Source: Diplonema japonicum (lineage: Eukaryota > Protista > Euglenozoa: Diplonemea). Taken from it: a DNA stretch of 64,000 nucleotides. How positions within the stretch are numbered: position 1 is the stretch's first letter; each line of letters begins with the position of its first letter. The stretch spans positions 783,692-847,691 of the forward strand of contig OZ025656.1 in the NCBI GenBank assembly GCA_964019335.1, read 5' to 3'. Below are positions 1 through 12,587 of this stretch, piece by piece. The notes beneath the pieces were generated by a model that saw only the letters and a program-made list of their open reading frames with translations, made no database searches and was not told the origin of the DNA. The position numbers and the translations under genes were made by a program.

Positions 1-761
1 CTGGAAGACGGGTCGGTCATCAACAAGAGATCGGAGGCGCTGGTGATGTGCGAGCAGGAGGACCTGGTGCAGCTCTGCATGCTGAACGAGGAGTACGACA
101 TCGTCACAGTGTCGCCGGACGTGGTGGACAGCCCCGATGGACCCCGCATCATGGTCTACGAGAACTCGCAGTGGATGCCCGCCGCCATCGTGAAGATGAG
201 GGACAACCAGGTGAAGGTCGCCTTCGACTGCGGGCTGTGCCCTGACATGTGGATCGACAAGGAGTTGGAGGCCGACAAGCTGAAGTGCATGCCACGCGAG
301 GCCTTCACAATGGGGGACAAGGTGCAGCTGGCGGCGGGCGCCCCGCAGCACCTGGAGGAGGACGGGTGCTTGAAGTTCGGCGAGCTTGGTGTTGTGGTTG
401 CTTGCGGCGACGTTGGACAGGCAAGGCCGTACCTTGTGGAGGGGCCGTACGACATGACATGGTACGCTGGAACGAACTTGGTTGCGTCAACACTTAGCGC
501 CCCTGAAGTGATGGTATGCAATGTGCACTTCAGAATTAAGTATACACACAGCCGTTCGGTGATGAGGCAGAGAGCAGCGCACCCTACGGGGATGATGGTG
601 TGGCCGTCGACCGCAGGGGCTCCGGTCTCACTGATGACAATATGGAGATGTCAGGCTCAGGTATGAGCCGCTTGGTCGACAGAAGGGACTCCAGCATCAC
701 GAGTGCCTCCGTCAACCACAGAAGGGTGTCGGGTGACCGTAGGTTCATGGACACCATGTAG
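1..761 (+). CDS. 3' end of upstream paralog of the giant PAN/Apple receptor (5' partial; intron 514-551)
   Basis: 1-470 matches 9068-9537 almost base for base. Removing intron gtatgc...cacag (514-551) gives an open tail PFGDEAESSAPY...RRFMDTM* ending at TAG 759-761. Confidence 0.85.
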
Positions 762-1639
762 ACAGACAATGAAGCTAAGGCAAGGAATTGACTCTTTTTT
801 TTCTTGGATCATTCCCAACCGTCTTCATAGATAATGTTTTATTTTTATTCTCCCTTCCCCTTCCCCTTTCAGCCTTTTGGATCCTTGGGGTACGATGAAG
901 ATATGGATACAAAGATTAAAAATAAATAAATGTATCTTCTACTGAAGACCGAACCAAAAGAAAAAGCCGAGTAAGACTCGGGAGTCAGGTTCGCAGTACA
1001 TGGGGTTATCTCACGCATCTTACTGACAGTCGTATCCAGCCATCAGGTGAGCTTTTATTTCTTTGTGAGTTTTTTTTTTTTGCACCCTCTTTGTCCTTAA
1101 CCAGTTTAAGGAAGTTTTCTTCCTTTATTTTGGAAGAGGCTCTATTTTTTATCCCCTGCGAAGTGTATTTTCTTTTCCACATTATTTTATGAGAGACAGA
1201 AGCGTAATAGCACGGATAGGGAGACTGATCGAGTACAGAATATAGAGAAGCAAGTGGTTTCTTGTCTTCTTTTATTTTATCACCATGAGGCCAGGCTCGT
1301 TTGCACAGCCCTTCCCGACGAGGGGACTGTGCCCTATCAGTTGTCTTACCTCTTGCTATGAACCTTTTTGCTTTTTCCTCCCTGACATATACATTATTGA
1401 AAGAAGGTTAAAAGGAGTCAACCCTCGAGCTCGGTGTTGTGCCGCCGTGCTTCTTTTGACGGAAGCGGTGCAAAGCACACACCCACGGCACTCATAGTTC
1501 CTATAATGCCAAGCTTCTAATAAGAAGCGAAACCGATCTTTCACCACCCATTCCCTCGGCAGCCCTCCTTTCCTGTCATAGTACCTGTTCTCTTAGTCCA
1601 ACCCCGTTCATCGTACCGCAGTTGAATCAACGGATGTGC

Positions 1640-1689
1640 CTTTATTTATTTTCCCCACTTTTGAGTTAGTTCTTTTTTTGTTTCTCCAG
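1640..1689 (+). promoter_or_regulatory. Polypyrimidine tract + AG, putative trans-splice acceptor of the receptor gene
   Basis: ...gttctttttttgtttctccAG ends at 1689, 46 nt before ATG 1736. Confidence 0.6.
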
Positions 1690-1735
1690 AACAGTAATAT
1701 TCTTCCATCAAAGGACTTTGTGGATTCTTCATAAC

Positions 1736-4700
1736 ATGTTATTTCGCTATGCCACGTTCGTGGCAGCTCTTGCGGTGTGCGTGAGCAGTGCGGACCTGTC
1801 GTACACCTGCGAGGAGGGGGGTTACAGCGTGATGCCTCTGTTCCAGCTGGAGAGCGTGGAGTCGATGCAGGAGTGTCAGAAGGCGTGCGGGGACATCGCG
1901 GACTGCCGTGCTGTGGTGTTCAACGTGGAGCAGAAGACGTGCGCTGTGCACGGGGCGGAAGGGGTTTCAAGCAAGCCCCTTGTCGAGTCGAACAGCCTGC
2001 GTTGCGTGAAGGGTGATGCCGCCGCCACCATTGGTGCTTCCACGGAGCAGGAGCAGCCCAAGCAGCAACAGCAGCAGCAGCAGCAAGAGGAGGAATTCAT
2101 GACCGGGTCGTTCTCGTGCAGGGCCGGGGGGCTCAGCGGGGAGGAGCTTCTGGTTGTGGAGCACACGGACATGGCTGCTTGCGTGGCGCACTGCGACAGG
2201 ATCGAGGGGTGTGCGAAGCTGATGCACCAGGCGGACGACGTGTGCACGCTGTACGGGAAGGAGGCTGTGGTTGTTTCCGAGGGGAAGAGCGGGGCGACCG
2301 CGTGCAGCAGGCAGGTGGCGCAGGGAGAGGAATCGTCGTCGATGATGTCGTTCACCTGTGCGGAAGGGTCGAAGTTTGGGGGATCTCTGTTCGTGATCGG
2401 GGACACGGCGTCGATCGAGGAGTGCAAGCGCCAGTGTTCGGTCTTCAGCACCGTGTGCAAGGGTATCAACTACGGTTCTGACAAGTCTTGCGAGCTTGTC
2501 GACAGTGTTGACACCTACGCCTCGGAAGGGGAGAAGGGGTTGACCTCTTGTGTTGTCGACACGAAGAAGGACGAGTTACCGCCTAAGAAGGACGAGCTGC
2601 CGTCTAAGAAGGACGAGCTGCCGCTTTCATCGCCTGTGTTTGCATGCTCGGAGGAGGAGACCCTGGAAGGAGGGGAGCTGGTGTCGTTCGGGGACGTGAA
2701 GCAGTTGGAGAGCTGCCAAACGTACTGCCTGTCGTTCGGGTCAGCGTGCACCGGGTTCGTGTACACGAGCGAGGACGAGAACTGCGAGCTGAAGGCGTCG
2801 ACAGCAAAGCCGGTGGCGAAGAAGGCGAACGGTGTGACCTGCAAGCTCGTGGAGAACAACAAGAAGCCCAAGGACGGCGGCGACGATGCGGAGTACACGT
2901 GCACCGGGAAGGGGTCGTTCGTGGGAGGGGACCTGCGGATTGCGGCACGCTACAGCGAGAAGGAGTGCCGCGAGCTGTGCACCGACCTGAAGGAGTGCTT
3001 CATGTACGTGATGACGACATCCGAGGAGAGCGGGTGCGTGCTGAAGTCGTCGAGCGCGGTGGAGGTGACGACCGGGGCGGCGGCGGCTTTGAAGCAGCAG
3101 GGGACGGTGGTGAGCGGGACCGTGTGCGTGAAGGCCGAGGCGAAGCGCCAACAAGAGAAGCAGCTCGGGTTCGGGGCGATCGTGGAGGAGGAGGAGGAGG
3201 AGGCGAGGAGGAGGGCGTCCCTGGTAGACGTGCTCCCGTTCTTCTCCTGCACGGGCCGCGCGGTGTTCGACCCGAAGGCGGTGATCCGGAAGGTGTCGGA
3301 GGTGCTCGGGGCATCGGTGTGCCGGGAACGCTGTCACGTGACGACGAGCTGCAGACACTCTGCGTACGACCCTGAGGGGAGGGAGTGTGTGCTCCTCACC
3401 GACAAGGGGGTGCTGACGACGTCTGAGGAGGGGAAGCACGAGCTGTGCTCGAAGAAGGAGAACACGTCTGTTCTCGGGTACCGCTGCACGAAGGGAGCAT
3501 ACCACGGGGCGACGGTGGCAACCGTGTTCGGGGTCGGGAGCACGAGGGAGTGCGCACGGGCCTGCACGGCGAGCGGTAGGAACTGTTTGATCTCGGTGTA
3601 CCACCCAGAGGACAAGAGGTGCGTGCTGAAGTCCGTGCGGGCTGTGCCGACGCAGGGGGTGCTGGAGCATTCGACGGCTTGCGTGAGCGAGCGAGTGGAG
3701 GCAGCGAGGGAAGGGTTCCACTGCGCGGAGTCCGGAGCGGCGGCCCTCGTGGAGGGGACGCTGAGCCTGCTGAGCGACGTGACGTTGGAGGGGTGCAAGG
3801 AGCAGTGCGAGCAGCTGTCGGAGTGCGCGGCTGTGCAGTACGCGGCGGCAACGAAGACGTGCGAGCTGAAGGGGTTCGACTCGTTCGCGGAGGGAGGGAA
3901 GACGGGGGTCGCCGTGTGCGCGCGCCACCAGACCCCGCTCCTCAGCGGGGCGGCGGTGCGCTCTGGGGAGAAGAGCCGCTACGCTCAGACCCTGGGCGGG
4001 GACGCTCCGGAGCAGGCTGCGTACATCAAGGTTAAGTTCGGGCTCCACGTAGAGAAGCTGTCGAAGGGGGTGTTCGAGGCCCTCGGGGTGGCCCCCACCC
4101 AGGACACGACAACGCTGTGGGTGTCGCTGTTCGTGCGGGTCCCTGTCGGGATCGAGCCGGGGCTCTTCGCTGCCGCTTCCTACCACCTCCTCGCAACAGA
4201 GCTGAACAAGGACGACAACATTTTCATGCTGAAGCTGAACCCAACGCTGCTGCACCTGGGCCTGGAGCCCCTGAAGGCCGGGGCTGGGGGCCGTTGGTCC
4301 TTCGTGAACGACGGGTTCGAGTGGAGGCCGATCGCAAACGGGATCCTCGCGATCCCCTTCGCCTTCGAGACCTTCAGCGGTGTGGAGCTCATAACAGAGG
4401 CCACAAGGAGGTGGTTCTCGCGCTCTGTTGGCTCGGAGCTCAAGGTTGCCGCCTCCACCGTGTCGATGGAGGAGATCTTCATGTGTACGGACGGGCTCGC
4501 GACAGAGGGGTGCGTGTCGACGTGGAAGGGGGCGACCCCGGACACGAGCGGTGGGCCGACCGGGAGCCACCTCCCTGGGGCTCCCTCGAAGAGGATGGAC
4601 ATGCTGATCGACGTCCCCCCTGGCTTCACCGTGTACGAGTGGTGCCTGAACGTGACGAAGACGCTCCCCTGCACCGGAAACATGACGCACCACCTCTACA

Positions 4701-7700
4701 AGACCTTCGGGCTCATCAGGTGCGGGCTGTGCGACGCCGAGGACCAGGCTCCGATGGACGGGACGTTGACGAGCGGTGGCAGCGGTGGACGCCACCTTCT
4801 GCAGGCAGCGGAGGGACAGCTGAAGGAGGAGACGACCACGGCAGCCCGCTCTGGGAGCCTCCTGCAGTCAGCAACCGGATCGAGGAGGGGTCTCGCGAGG
4901 TCCTGCAACGTTGGGTGGAAGCCCCTCCACTACGGAGTGATGTCGGACGCCTTCAACGTAGAGGGAACAGCGGAGGTGCAGGGGACCTTGGCGCAGTGCG
5001 TTGCGGCGTGCACGACCGAATCCGGGTGCTTCGCCTTCAGCAGGAACAGGATGTTGAAGGACACGGAGAGCGGGTCCTGCTGGCTCAAGAAGGCTGTGAT
5101 CCCCGTCGTTGGGGACCAGTACTCTTTCAACACGCTCGGAACCTACGTGGTGACCTGCCCCCCCGAGGTGGAGCCCTGCAAGTGGAAGTACATGGACGGG
5201 TATGACCAGCGCACGCAGTCAAGCAAGACAACGGCGTTCCGGGCGCAGAGCGCGACCGAGTGCAAGGACCTGTGCGAGCTCGTGGCGGACTGCACCGGGG
5301 CGACCTTCGACAGGGAGAGCGCGACCTGCTACTTCATCCACGATCTCGTGCTCGCCCCGACAGCGGCGCAGCAGAACCCCAGGTTCTTCAGCGCCGTGTG
5401 CTACCGCGTGGTCCCAGAGTCTCCGTGCGACACGAGCTACTGCGGGGTGAACCCCTCGGTGGGGTGCTTCCCCTTGAGGGGCGGGGACCACCGCTGTACC
5501 TGCGCGGAGGGCTTCCAGTGCGTGGAGAACTGCGACGAGCCGAGGAAACCCCACATCTGCGACCGCGAGGAGACGCTCGAGACCCTCCTCATGGAGGCCC
5601 TCTCCATCGCTTTGAATGTGGACGTTTACGGAATCTCCGTGAAGGAGGCGGAGCAGCTCATGCGAGGGAGCGGTGACCCGTCTGAGCGCGATGCGCTCAC
5701 CCCCGAGGAGCAGCACGTGGTCACGGTGGCGAGCAGCAAGATCGACGTGGAGACGACGCACGTCATCAGCACCACCTTCAGCAAGACGAACCTGGAGGAC
5801 GTGCTCGCGGAGGAGCAGGGGAAGACGAAGCTGGCGCTCCTGGCGGAGGGTCTGGCAGGGTCGCTCGGGGTGGAGACACACGAGGTGATGGTGAGGCGCG
5901 TGTGCAAGATCACGGACAACGGAGAGATGGCGGCCTGCTTCGACAGCGAAGGGGCGGACCAGGCGATCCCGAAGAGGCCGACCGTGAAGAGCACCCCGGA
6001 GCGAGAGTACTTGACGGCGGCATCGTGGTGTGGGGCGCACCCCTCGGGCGTTGCGAACCCGAAGACCCTCGAGGCCATCGAGGACCTGGTACAGCTCAGC
6101 AGGGGAGAGATGCTGGAGACGAGGACCTACTGGGTCGGGGCAACCTGCGACGAGAACTGCAACGACGCGGACTCTTGGTACTGGGCGGACGCCCCCGCGG
6201 TGAAGGTGGATTGGGCGTCCCTCTCGCACGGCGGAAAGGGTGCGTCGATCCTGAACGACCTGTCTGGAGCGACATGCGCGGTGCTGCAGTACGACGCGGA
6301 GGGTTTGATGTGGGGGTTGAACGTCGCGGACTGCGGGGCCAAGGGCCACTACCCTGTGTGCGTAGAGACAGGGTCCGGTTCCGGTACAGACCACGCCGAT
6401 CAGTGCGACGCCTCCGGGGCCTGTGACCTCAAGGTCACCTTCGGTGTGAAGCTTCTCCACGTCCGCTACGTTTACTTCGTGTCCCTCCCCGACGGGACGA
6501 CGAAGAAGTACCACCCCTCGGATCTCCTCCCCGCGGGGGCTAAGATTGTGAACAGAGACGGTGATCTCATGGTATGAGAAGCGAAGCAAAACACAAAACA
6601 ACAAGAACAAAAACAAAAACAAAAATACAGGGCTACGTCGACAGCCGTGGGAGCACCTCTGTGATCACGTGGCCTGCAGTTGACGAACCTCTGAACGAGG
6701 CTCTGAAGGCAGTGATGCCTGGGTTCACCTACCCGATGGAGGGGCTGCACGCTCTCGTGACTCGCCACGTGGCGAGCTGGATGACTGCCGCGAACTTGAA
6801 CGCTCCCTTCAGCAGGGCCTGCCACGACCTCATCATCCAGAAGCATGTGCTGTGTGTGAACGCCATCTGCAAACTGTATGTGTAGAAAAGGAAAGAAAAC
6901 ACAAATATAATATACACACATAATACACAGTGTGGACCCCATGTTGATCACAAGGACATCCTGCGAGGGTGCACCTCCGTGTGTGAACAGCGTGTGCAAC
7001 GGACACGGTTACGCGAAGGGCTTCGTCGGGTTCTGCTCGTGTGAGTGCGACCGTGGGTATGATATCAACAACAAACAAAAACAAAAAAAAAAACAAAAAC
7101 AAAAAAAGGTTCGCTGGTGCAGTGTGCACGGAGTGCGCAACAGGCTACAAGAACTACCCGCAGTGTGATCCGACAGGAACAGGCTCTTCCCTCTACGAGG
7201 TGTTCCATCTGCATGTGCAGAGCGGTGCGTCGACAGTGTCGGCAAACCACGACCTTCTGGAGCAGGCCTTCTCGGCAACGGTTGGGAGCAAGATTGAGGG
7301 TTACACCCTCACCTACATCTGCCCGATCAGCGTGTGCTCGCCTTCCCCTTGCGACTCCCCTGTGAACACGTGGAGCGGAGAGAGGAGGGCTCAGTGCTTC
7401 AGGGCGGGACAGGACTTCGCCATCACCGACAGGGGCGCTGTGGTTCTCTCTGGGAGCAGAGACTTCTACCCCCTTGTTGCGACGAGTGCTTCTGTTTCGG
7501 AGTTCGCCACCGAGTATGGTCCGTCGGCGCTGAGCGACGTGTCCACGCAGACGAAGGCTTTGTTGGACCAAGAGTGTATGTGTAATATTAATATAAAGAA
7601 AAAGAAAGAGAGAGAGAATGAATGCAAAAAAAAACAATACAGTGAACTTGAACAGCGGTCCCTTCAAGGAGTTCTTCCTGACCCTGGTGAAGTCTGTGTA

Positions 7701-9726
7701 CCTGTCTTCCGAGGTATGGAACAGAATAAAAAGAAAAGGAAAACACACACCTCACACAAACACACAAACACAACAAAACTCCTTTTTTTTTTTAACCACA
7801 GCCCTACGCGGGAGTGACCCCTGTGGCAGCACCATTCAGCCCCCCCGTCTCTGTGGGCGGAGCCGGAGAGCTGGTGGAAGGAGCGGGGACAGACATGGGG
7901 ATCATCATCGTAATCGTGATCGCAGTGGTGCTGTTCTGCTGCTGCTTCTTGATGTTCGGAATCTGGAGGCACAGGAAGGCACAGGAGAGGAAGAACAGGG
8001 AGAAGACGGAGGACCTGATGAAGTACGTGAACGAGGACGAGGATGGTGAGGACATCGTGACGATCTTCAAGGGGGCGGATGAGCCGATGGGGATCATGTG
8101 GGACGACCACACGCTGATGGTGGGAGTGTGCGACGACAGCGCTGCGTCGAGGTACAACCTGGACAGGTTCAGGAACAGGAGGCTCGCGAGGGTGAACGGG
8201 ATGAAGGTGAACACGCTCGCAGATATCAGGGACGCTGTGGAGGGGCAGACCTGCGTGACGCTGGAGTTCGAACCGAAGTACTCTGCGATCGTTGTGCGCG
8301 TGGCGTCGAAACTGGAGGACTTCTACGAGCAGGAATTCATCAGCATCTTCGCAGACAGGATCGCAGAGGTCTTGAACCTCATGGAGTTCACCGAGATAGA
8401 CATCGATCTGCAGTCCGTGTTCGAGAGGCCAGAGAGGGGGGAACTCCTCCTTACCATGAAGCTCCTCGGTCTCACCTCCGACCAGGTCGCCACCATCGTC
8501 GCCATGTGTGTCACCCCAGGCGAGCCCATCAGAAACGGCCTCCCTATCGCGGGAGCCTACCTTGCAACAGCCAAGTTCGGAGAAGAGGTGTGTGATTTCA
8601 AAAGAAGAAAAAACAACAACAACAACAACAACAACAACAGACGAACCCTCCTCTGTGGGTGTGCGCACAGTGGTTGACGGAAGCTGAAAAGTGCTCTGGT
8701 TGCTACCTGCAGTTGCCCGGAGTGATCGAAGGTGGGCACCCCGTGTGGCAGCACACCCCCGCCGACCACTGGTTGTACTCCACCCCGTCTGGTTTCTGGG
8801 CCATCGTGCAGGACAAGGTATGAAGAAAAACAACAAAAAACAAAAAGAACAAAAAACAAAAAACAACAGAGCCTTGTGGGAAGCGACGTGACGACAGGTG
8901 GGTACGTGCTGAGGTCGAGCGAGCCACACTGCGGTGCGGACCCCCACGTCATGACCGGATGGAGGACCGCATTGAGAGAGGGCGAGCACATCTGTGTGGC
9001 GAAGGAGGAACCGACGGCACACGAGTTCATTGTGGGACAGAGGGTGGTGTTCCCCGTGGACCTGCAGCTGGAAGACGGGTCGGTCATCAACAAGAGATCG
9101 GAGGCGCTGGTGATGTGCGAGCAGGAGGACCTGGTGCAGCTCTGCATGCTGAACGAGGAGTACGACATCGTCACAGTGTCGCCGGACGTGGTGGACAGCC
9201 CCGATGGACCCCGCATCATGGTCTACGAGAACTCGCAGTGGATGCCCGCCGCCATCGTGAAGATGAGGGACAACCAGGTGAAGGTCGCCTTCGACTGCGG
9301 GCTGTGCCCTGACATGTGGATCGACAAGGAGTTGGAGGCCGACAAGCTGAAGTGCATGCCACGCGAGGCCTTCACAATGGGGGACAAGGTGCAGCTGGCG
9401 GCGGGCGCCCCGCAGCACCTGGAGGAGGACGGGTGCTTGAAGTTCGGCGAGCTTGGTGTTGTGGTTGCTTGCGGCGACGCGGGGCAGGCAAGGCCGTACC
9501 TTGTGGAGGGGCCGTACGACATGACATGGTACGCTGGGATGCACTTGACCTCCTTCGGTCAGATCGAAGAACCCATGGTATGCACTGTATTTTCTACATG
9601 AAATTAAATTAAAATTACCAGGCCTCTGAGACGGACTACAGTGCTCCTTTCGGCGGTGCCACTGATGAATCAATGGGTGACATGGATGCTGAAACACTGA
9701 TTAACTCAGAGAGGAAGAACCAGTAG
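1736..9726 (+). CDS. Giant type-I membrane adhesin/receptor: signal peptide, ~10 PAN/Apple modules, EGF, C-type lectin, laminin-type EGF, TM helix, cytoplasmic PDZ-like and further domains (~2500 aa)
   Basis: Signal MLFRYATFVAALAVCVSS; repeated C-x3-C-x5/6-C...C-x-L Apple cores; CTL-like YWVG..WYWAD..CAVL..W; TM GIIIVIVIAVVLFCCCFLMFGIW; PDZ-like EPMGIMWDD...RLARVNGMKV. Introns 6572-6630, 6876-6930, 7057-7108, 7576-7642, 7714-7801, 8588-8640, 8818-8869 and 9578-9621 join the ORFs in frame. Confidence 0.85.
2564..2626 (+). repeat. 3 x 21-nt coding tandem repeat (KKDELP[P/S/L])
   Basis: aagaaggacgagttaccgcct / aagaaggacgagctgccgtct / aagaaggacgagctgccgctt. Confidence 0.9.
9068..9537 (+). repeat. 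Direct segmental duplication of window positions 1-470 (offset 9067)
   Basis: Direct comparison: identical except a few substitutions near 412-417 (gttgga vs gcgggg). Identity ends abruptly after ggtacgctgg. Confidence 0.95.
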
Positions 9727-11045
9727 ACTGTTACGCAGATGGAATCTAATGACAGGAGTTTCTATTTTTACTTTTATTTTAAGCTTTATTGTGTTTCCTA
9801 GTAGAATAAAGAAGAGACGGGCGCAAGGTATTCATTACCAGCATGTCACAGGTGCTGCCCCGTCCCTCCTCGTCTTGTTTGATACAGTTGCATCTTTACT
9901 TTCAAGGTGGTCCATAGCAACGAGGCGTGGAGAACAGGAAACGGTAAAGCCTATTTTTTTTTAGTATTTTTTTTTTATCACTGAACCCCCCAACTTTATT
10001 TTATTTTGTTTCTTCCTCCAGGTCTTTTTTATCTCCTCTCTTTCCCCTTTTATCTCAATGATAATAACAAACGCAAACAAAGAAGAAAAAAAGAAAAGAG
10101 GAATTATTGGGTATCTGCAATACATACAGCAAAGCTGTTTGGCTACAATAGTGCAAGGTGCATAGCCCTTATAAGAATAATAGATCATAAGGTTGCCTTT
10201 GCCGCAAAAAGAAAAAAACGGGGGGGGAAGGAAAAAAGACACATTTTCACACACACATTCATTAAACTTACTTTGGTGCAGGAAAAAGGTGTGCCCTGCG
10301 GTCTGGGATGGTGGAGCGTGAGTCTTATCTTATTTGTAGAAAGGCCACGGTTAGCTTCACGATCTCTAGTAGGCACACTCGCAACCACAATATTTAGTTC
10401 TATTCTCCGTTTCACTTCCTCCCCCTCCCCTCTCCTCCCCTCTTCCTCCCTGTAGGGCACATCGGCCCACAAAAACGAAAGGACGTACCGATCTCTTGCA
10501 GCACTGTCGTCTCTTTCTATTATTAAACCCACCCCCCTCGCTTATTGACATGGCTTTGCTTTGCAAGGCCCATTTTTTATCCAAGGCAATAGGAATGCCA
10601 GCCTCTCCCGGTGGGACAGCACTTTGGTCCGGATATTGTTCCGTTTCTCCGTTTTTCTTCAGCGGTGAATATAGCAGTGCAAGCCCATCGCAGGCAGGCA
10701 GCCGATTTTCACCAACGAGAAGAACACTAGGTCTTCAAGTGGTGGACACGAGAGACCCATGCCGAGGTTAGTTGTGGGCTCATTTTCTAATCTTAACACA
10801 GCCACCTATTTCTGATGGCAGTAAATCAAGTGGATGACTACAGATGGCAATAGGCGGGGGTTATTATTTCCTTATTCCTCTCTCCCTTCTCTCTTTTTTT
10901 CTTCCGTAGACTCTGTACCTTGCCTGCACGTCTATGCCCGCCAGATCACGAGGCGGGTCAGGTGGGCATGTTGCACGTCGAGCTTGCTCTTAAAGCTCTT
11001 ATTTTTACATTATGTACGGCATTGCAATCCCAAGGCAGGTTTAAG

Positions 11046-12354
11046 ATGCTCAGCAGCACAAGATCTGGTAGTGCCCTAGCAGAGGATGTGCTGTCAGAGA
11101 TCGGGACGCACCTCAGGTTGGCCGATGTGCGGAATTGCTGCTTTGTTTCAATGAGGTGGTACGAAGCCATGTGCAGCAACCAGGTATGGGAGGAGATGGC
11201 GAGGCGGTGCTTCATCCAGCTACCGCTGTTGTCACTGACGCCTGCGATAGAACGGAAGGCAGGCCCCGTAAAGACCATTGCAGGTACCGAGGTGCGTGAG
11301 TTATTTATGAACAAAAGGTTCGAGCTCATTGTGCACAAGATGGACCTTATTACACAGAAAGAGGTACGGTCCCAGCACCCGTACATCCTGCACGCGCTGC
11401 TCACCATGATATGGTTCACAGCAGTTGTATTCATAATCCTCCTCATCTTCATCCTTGAAGGCCTCTGCGACGTGACCCTCAACCAGGCCTTCAACGTGCT
11501 GCACACATCGTACGCCGTCATTATCGTCTCCATCTTATTCAACGTTATCGCGTCCACACACTACGAGCCGCAGCCGCTTCTGGAGCGTATCAAGAAGCAT
11601 TCGCACCTCATCAGTATGCCTGTGAGTGAAATTATAACAAGCACAGCGCTCACCGGACTATGGATACTTGTGGTGATGGGCTTCTCATTCATCACAAGTA
11701 TTTTCCAATATAACGTTCTCAGTGAGCCAGAGCAACGAGTGCAGTGGGTAACGTGCTTCGCACCTATATTAACGATGCTAGTGTTCTGGCAATTTGTAGC
11801 GGTATGCACAGCTAACCGCAAAACATAACACTACAGGTTATTGCAGCTCGGCCGCAGCTTCTAGCGTGGTTGCGCAAGCCGTACATGCCGTCTCTCATAC
11901 AGGTGCACGTCATCATTACGACCATTTTCCCGTCTGGTTTGGCAGGCGCCATTACCTCGTTGGGCATTTACCTCGATGTATGCTGGCATAAGTAATTAAC
12001 ATACCACAGACGGGCAATGTATACTTTCTGATAGTTGCTTCGCTGCCCTTCCTCTTTGGCACCATGAGCGTCACAGCGACCTTCCTCCTTGACTATCTAG
12101 CGCATCGCAAGTTGAATGATGTCATCGCGTCCTTCAGCATGGCAAACCTCTCGGCGTTCCCCATTGGCTTCATGCTCTTTGAAGTATGTCAACAATCAAG
12201 TGCACACACAGTACAGCCCCGCGGTCTACACTTGCTTCCCCTCCTTATCTTCATAGCATCTTACGCTATCTCTTATGTGAATCAGTGGGTGAAGAAGGGT
12301 GAGCGGCAGCGTCACCTGCGAGCTAAGGCACCTTATGTTGCTCGGATGCGATAG
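11046..12354 (+). CDS. F-box protein with multi-pass membrane domain (3' end uncertain)
   Basis: N-terminal LAEDVLSEIGTHLRLADVRNCCFVSMRW...W F-box pattern, then several hydrophobic helices. Introns 11614-11646, 11802-11836, 11978-12009, 12184-12216. Confidence 0.7.
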
Positions 12355-12587
12355 GGATGCTGTGCCCTCTGGGATGGACGCGGTGCCGTGGAGGAAGATC
12401 AAAGGAGCCCTATTCTTCTGGGTGTCAACCTTCCTGGCGGTCCTCATTGTAAACTCTCTTCCTGTGTCAGTTTTGACTCTTGCTGAATAGATGGGAAGGC
12501 TGCCAGCAAGGCGTGCCGTCTATCTATGACATTACCAACTTGTTATCCAGTTTTGTTTATGGCACGTGCTTAACTACCTCAGGTACC

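Noticed and set aside
2741-9697. Long minus-strand ORFs (684, 467, 677 aa)
   Set aside because: Antisense shadows of a very GC3-rich gene; low-complexity L/H/R/P translations crossing + strand introns.
10585-11000. Possible small spliced ORF (ATG 10595, intron ~10767-10801) and GC hairpin near 10935-10970
   Set aside because: No recognisable protein or snoRNA boxes; cannot be told apart from UTR sequence without expression data.
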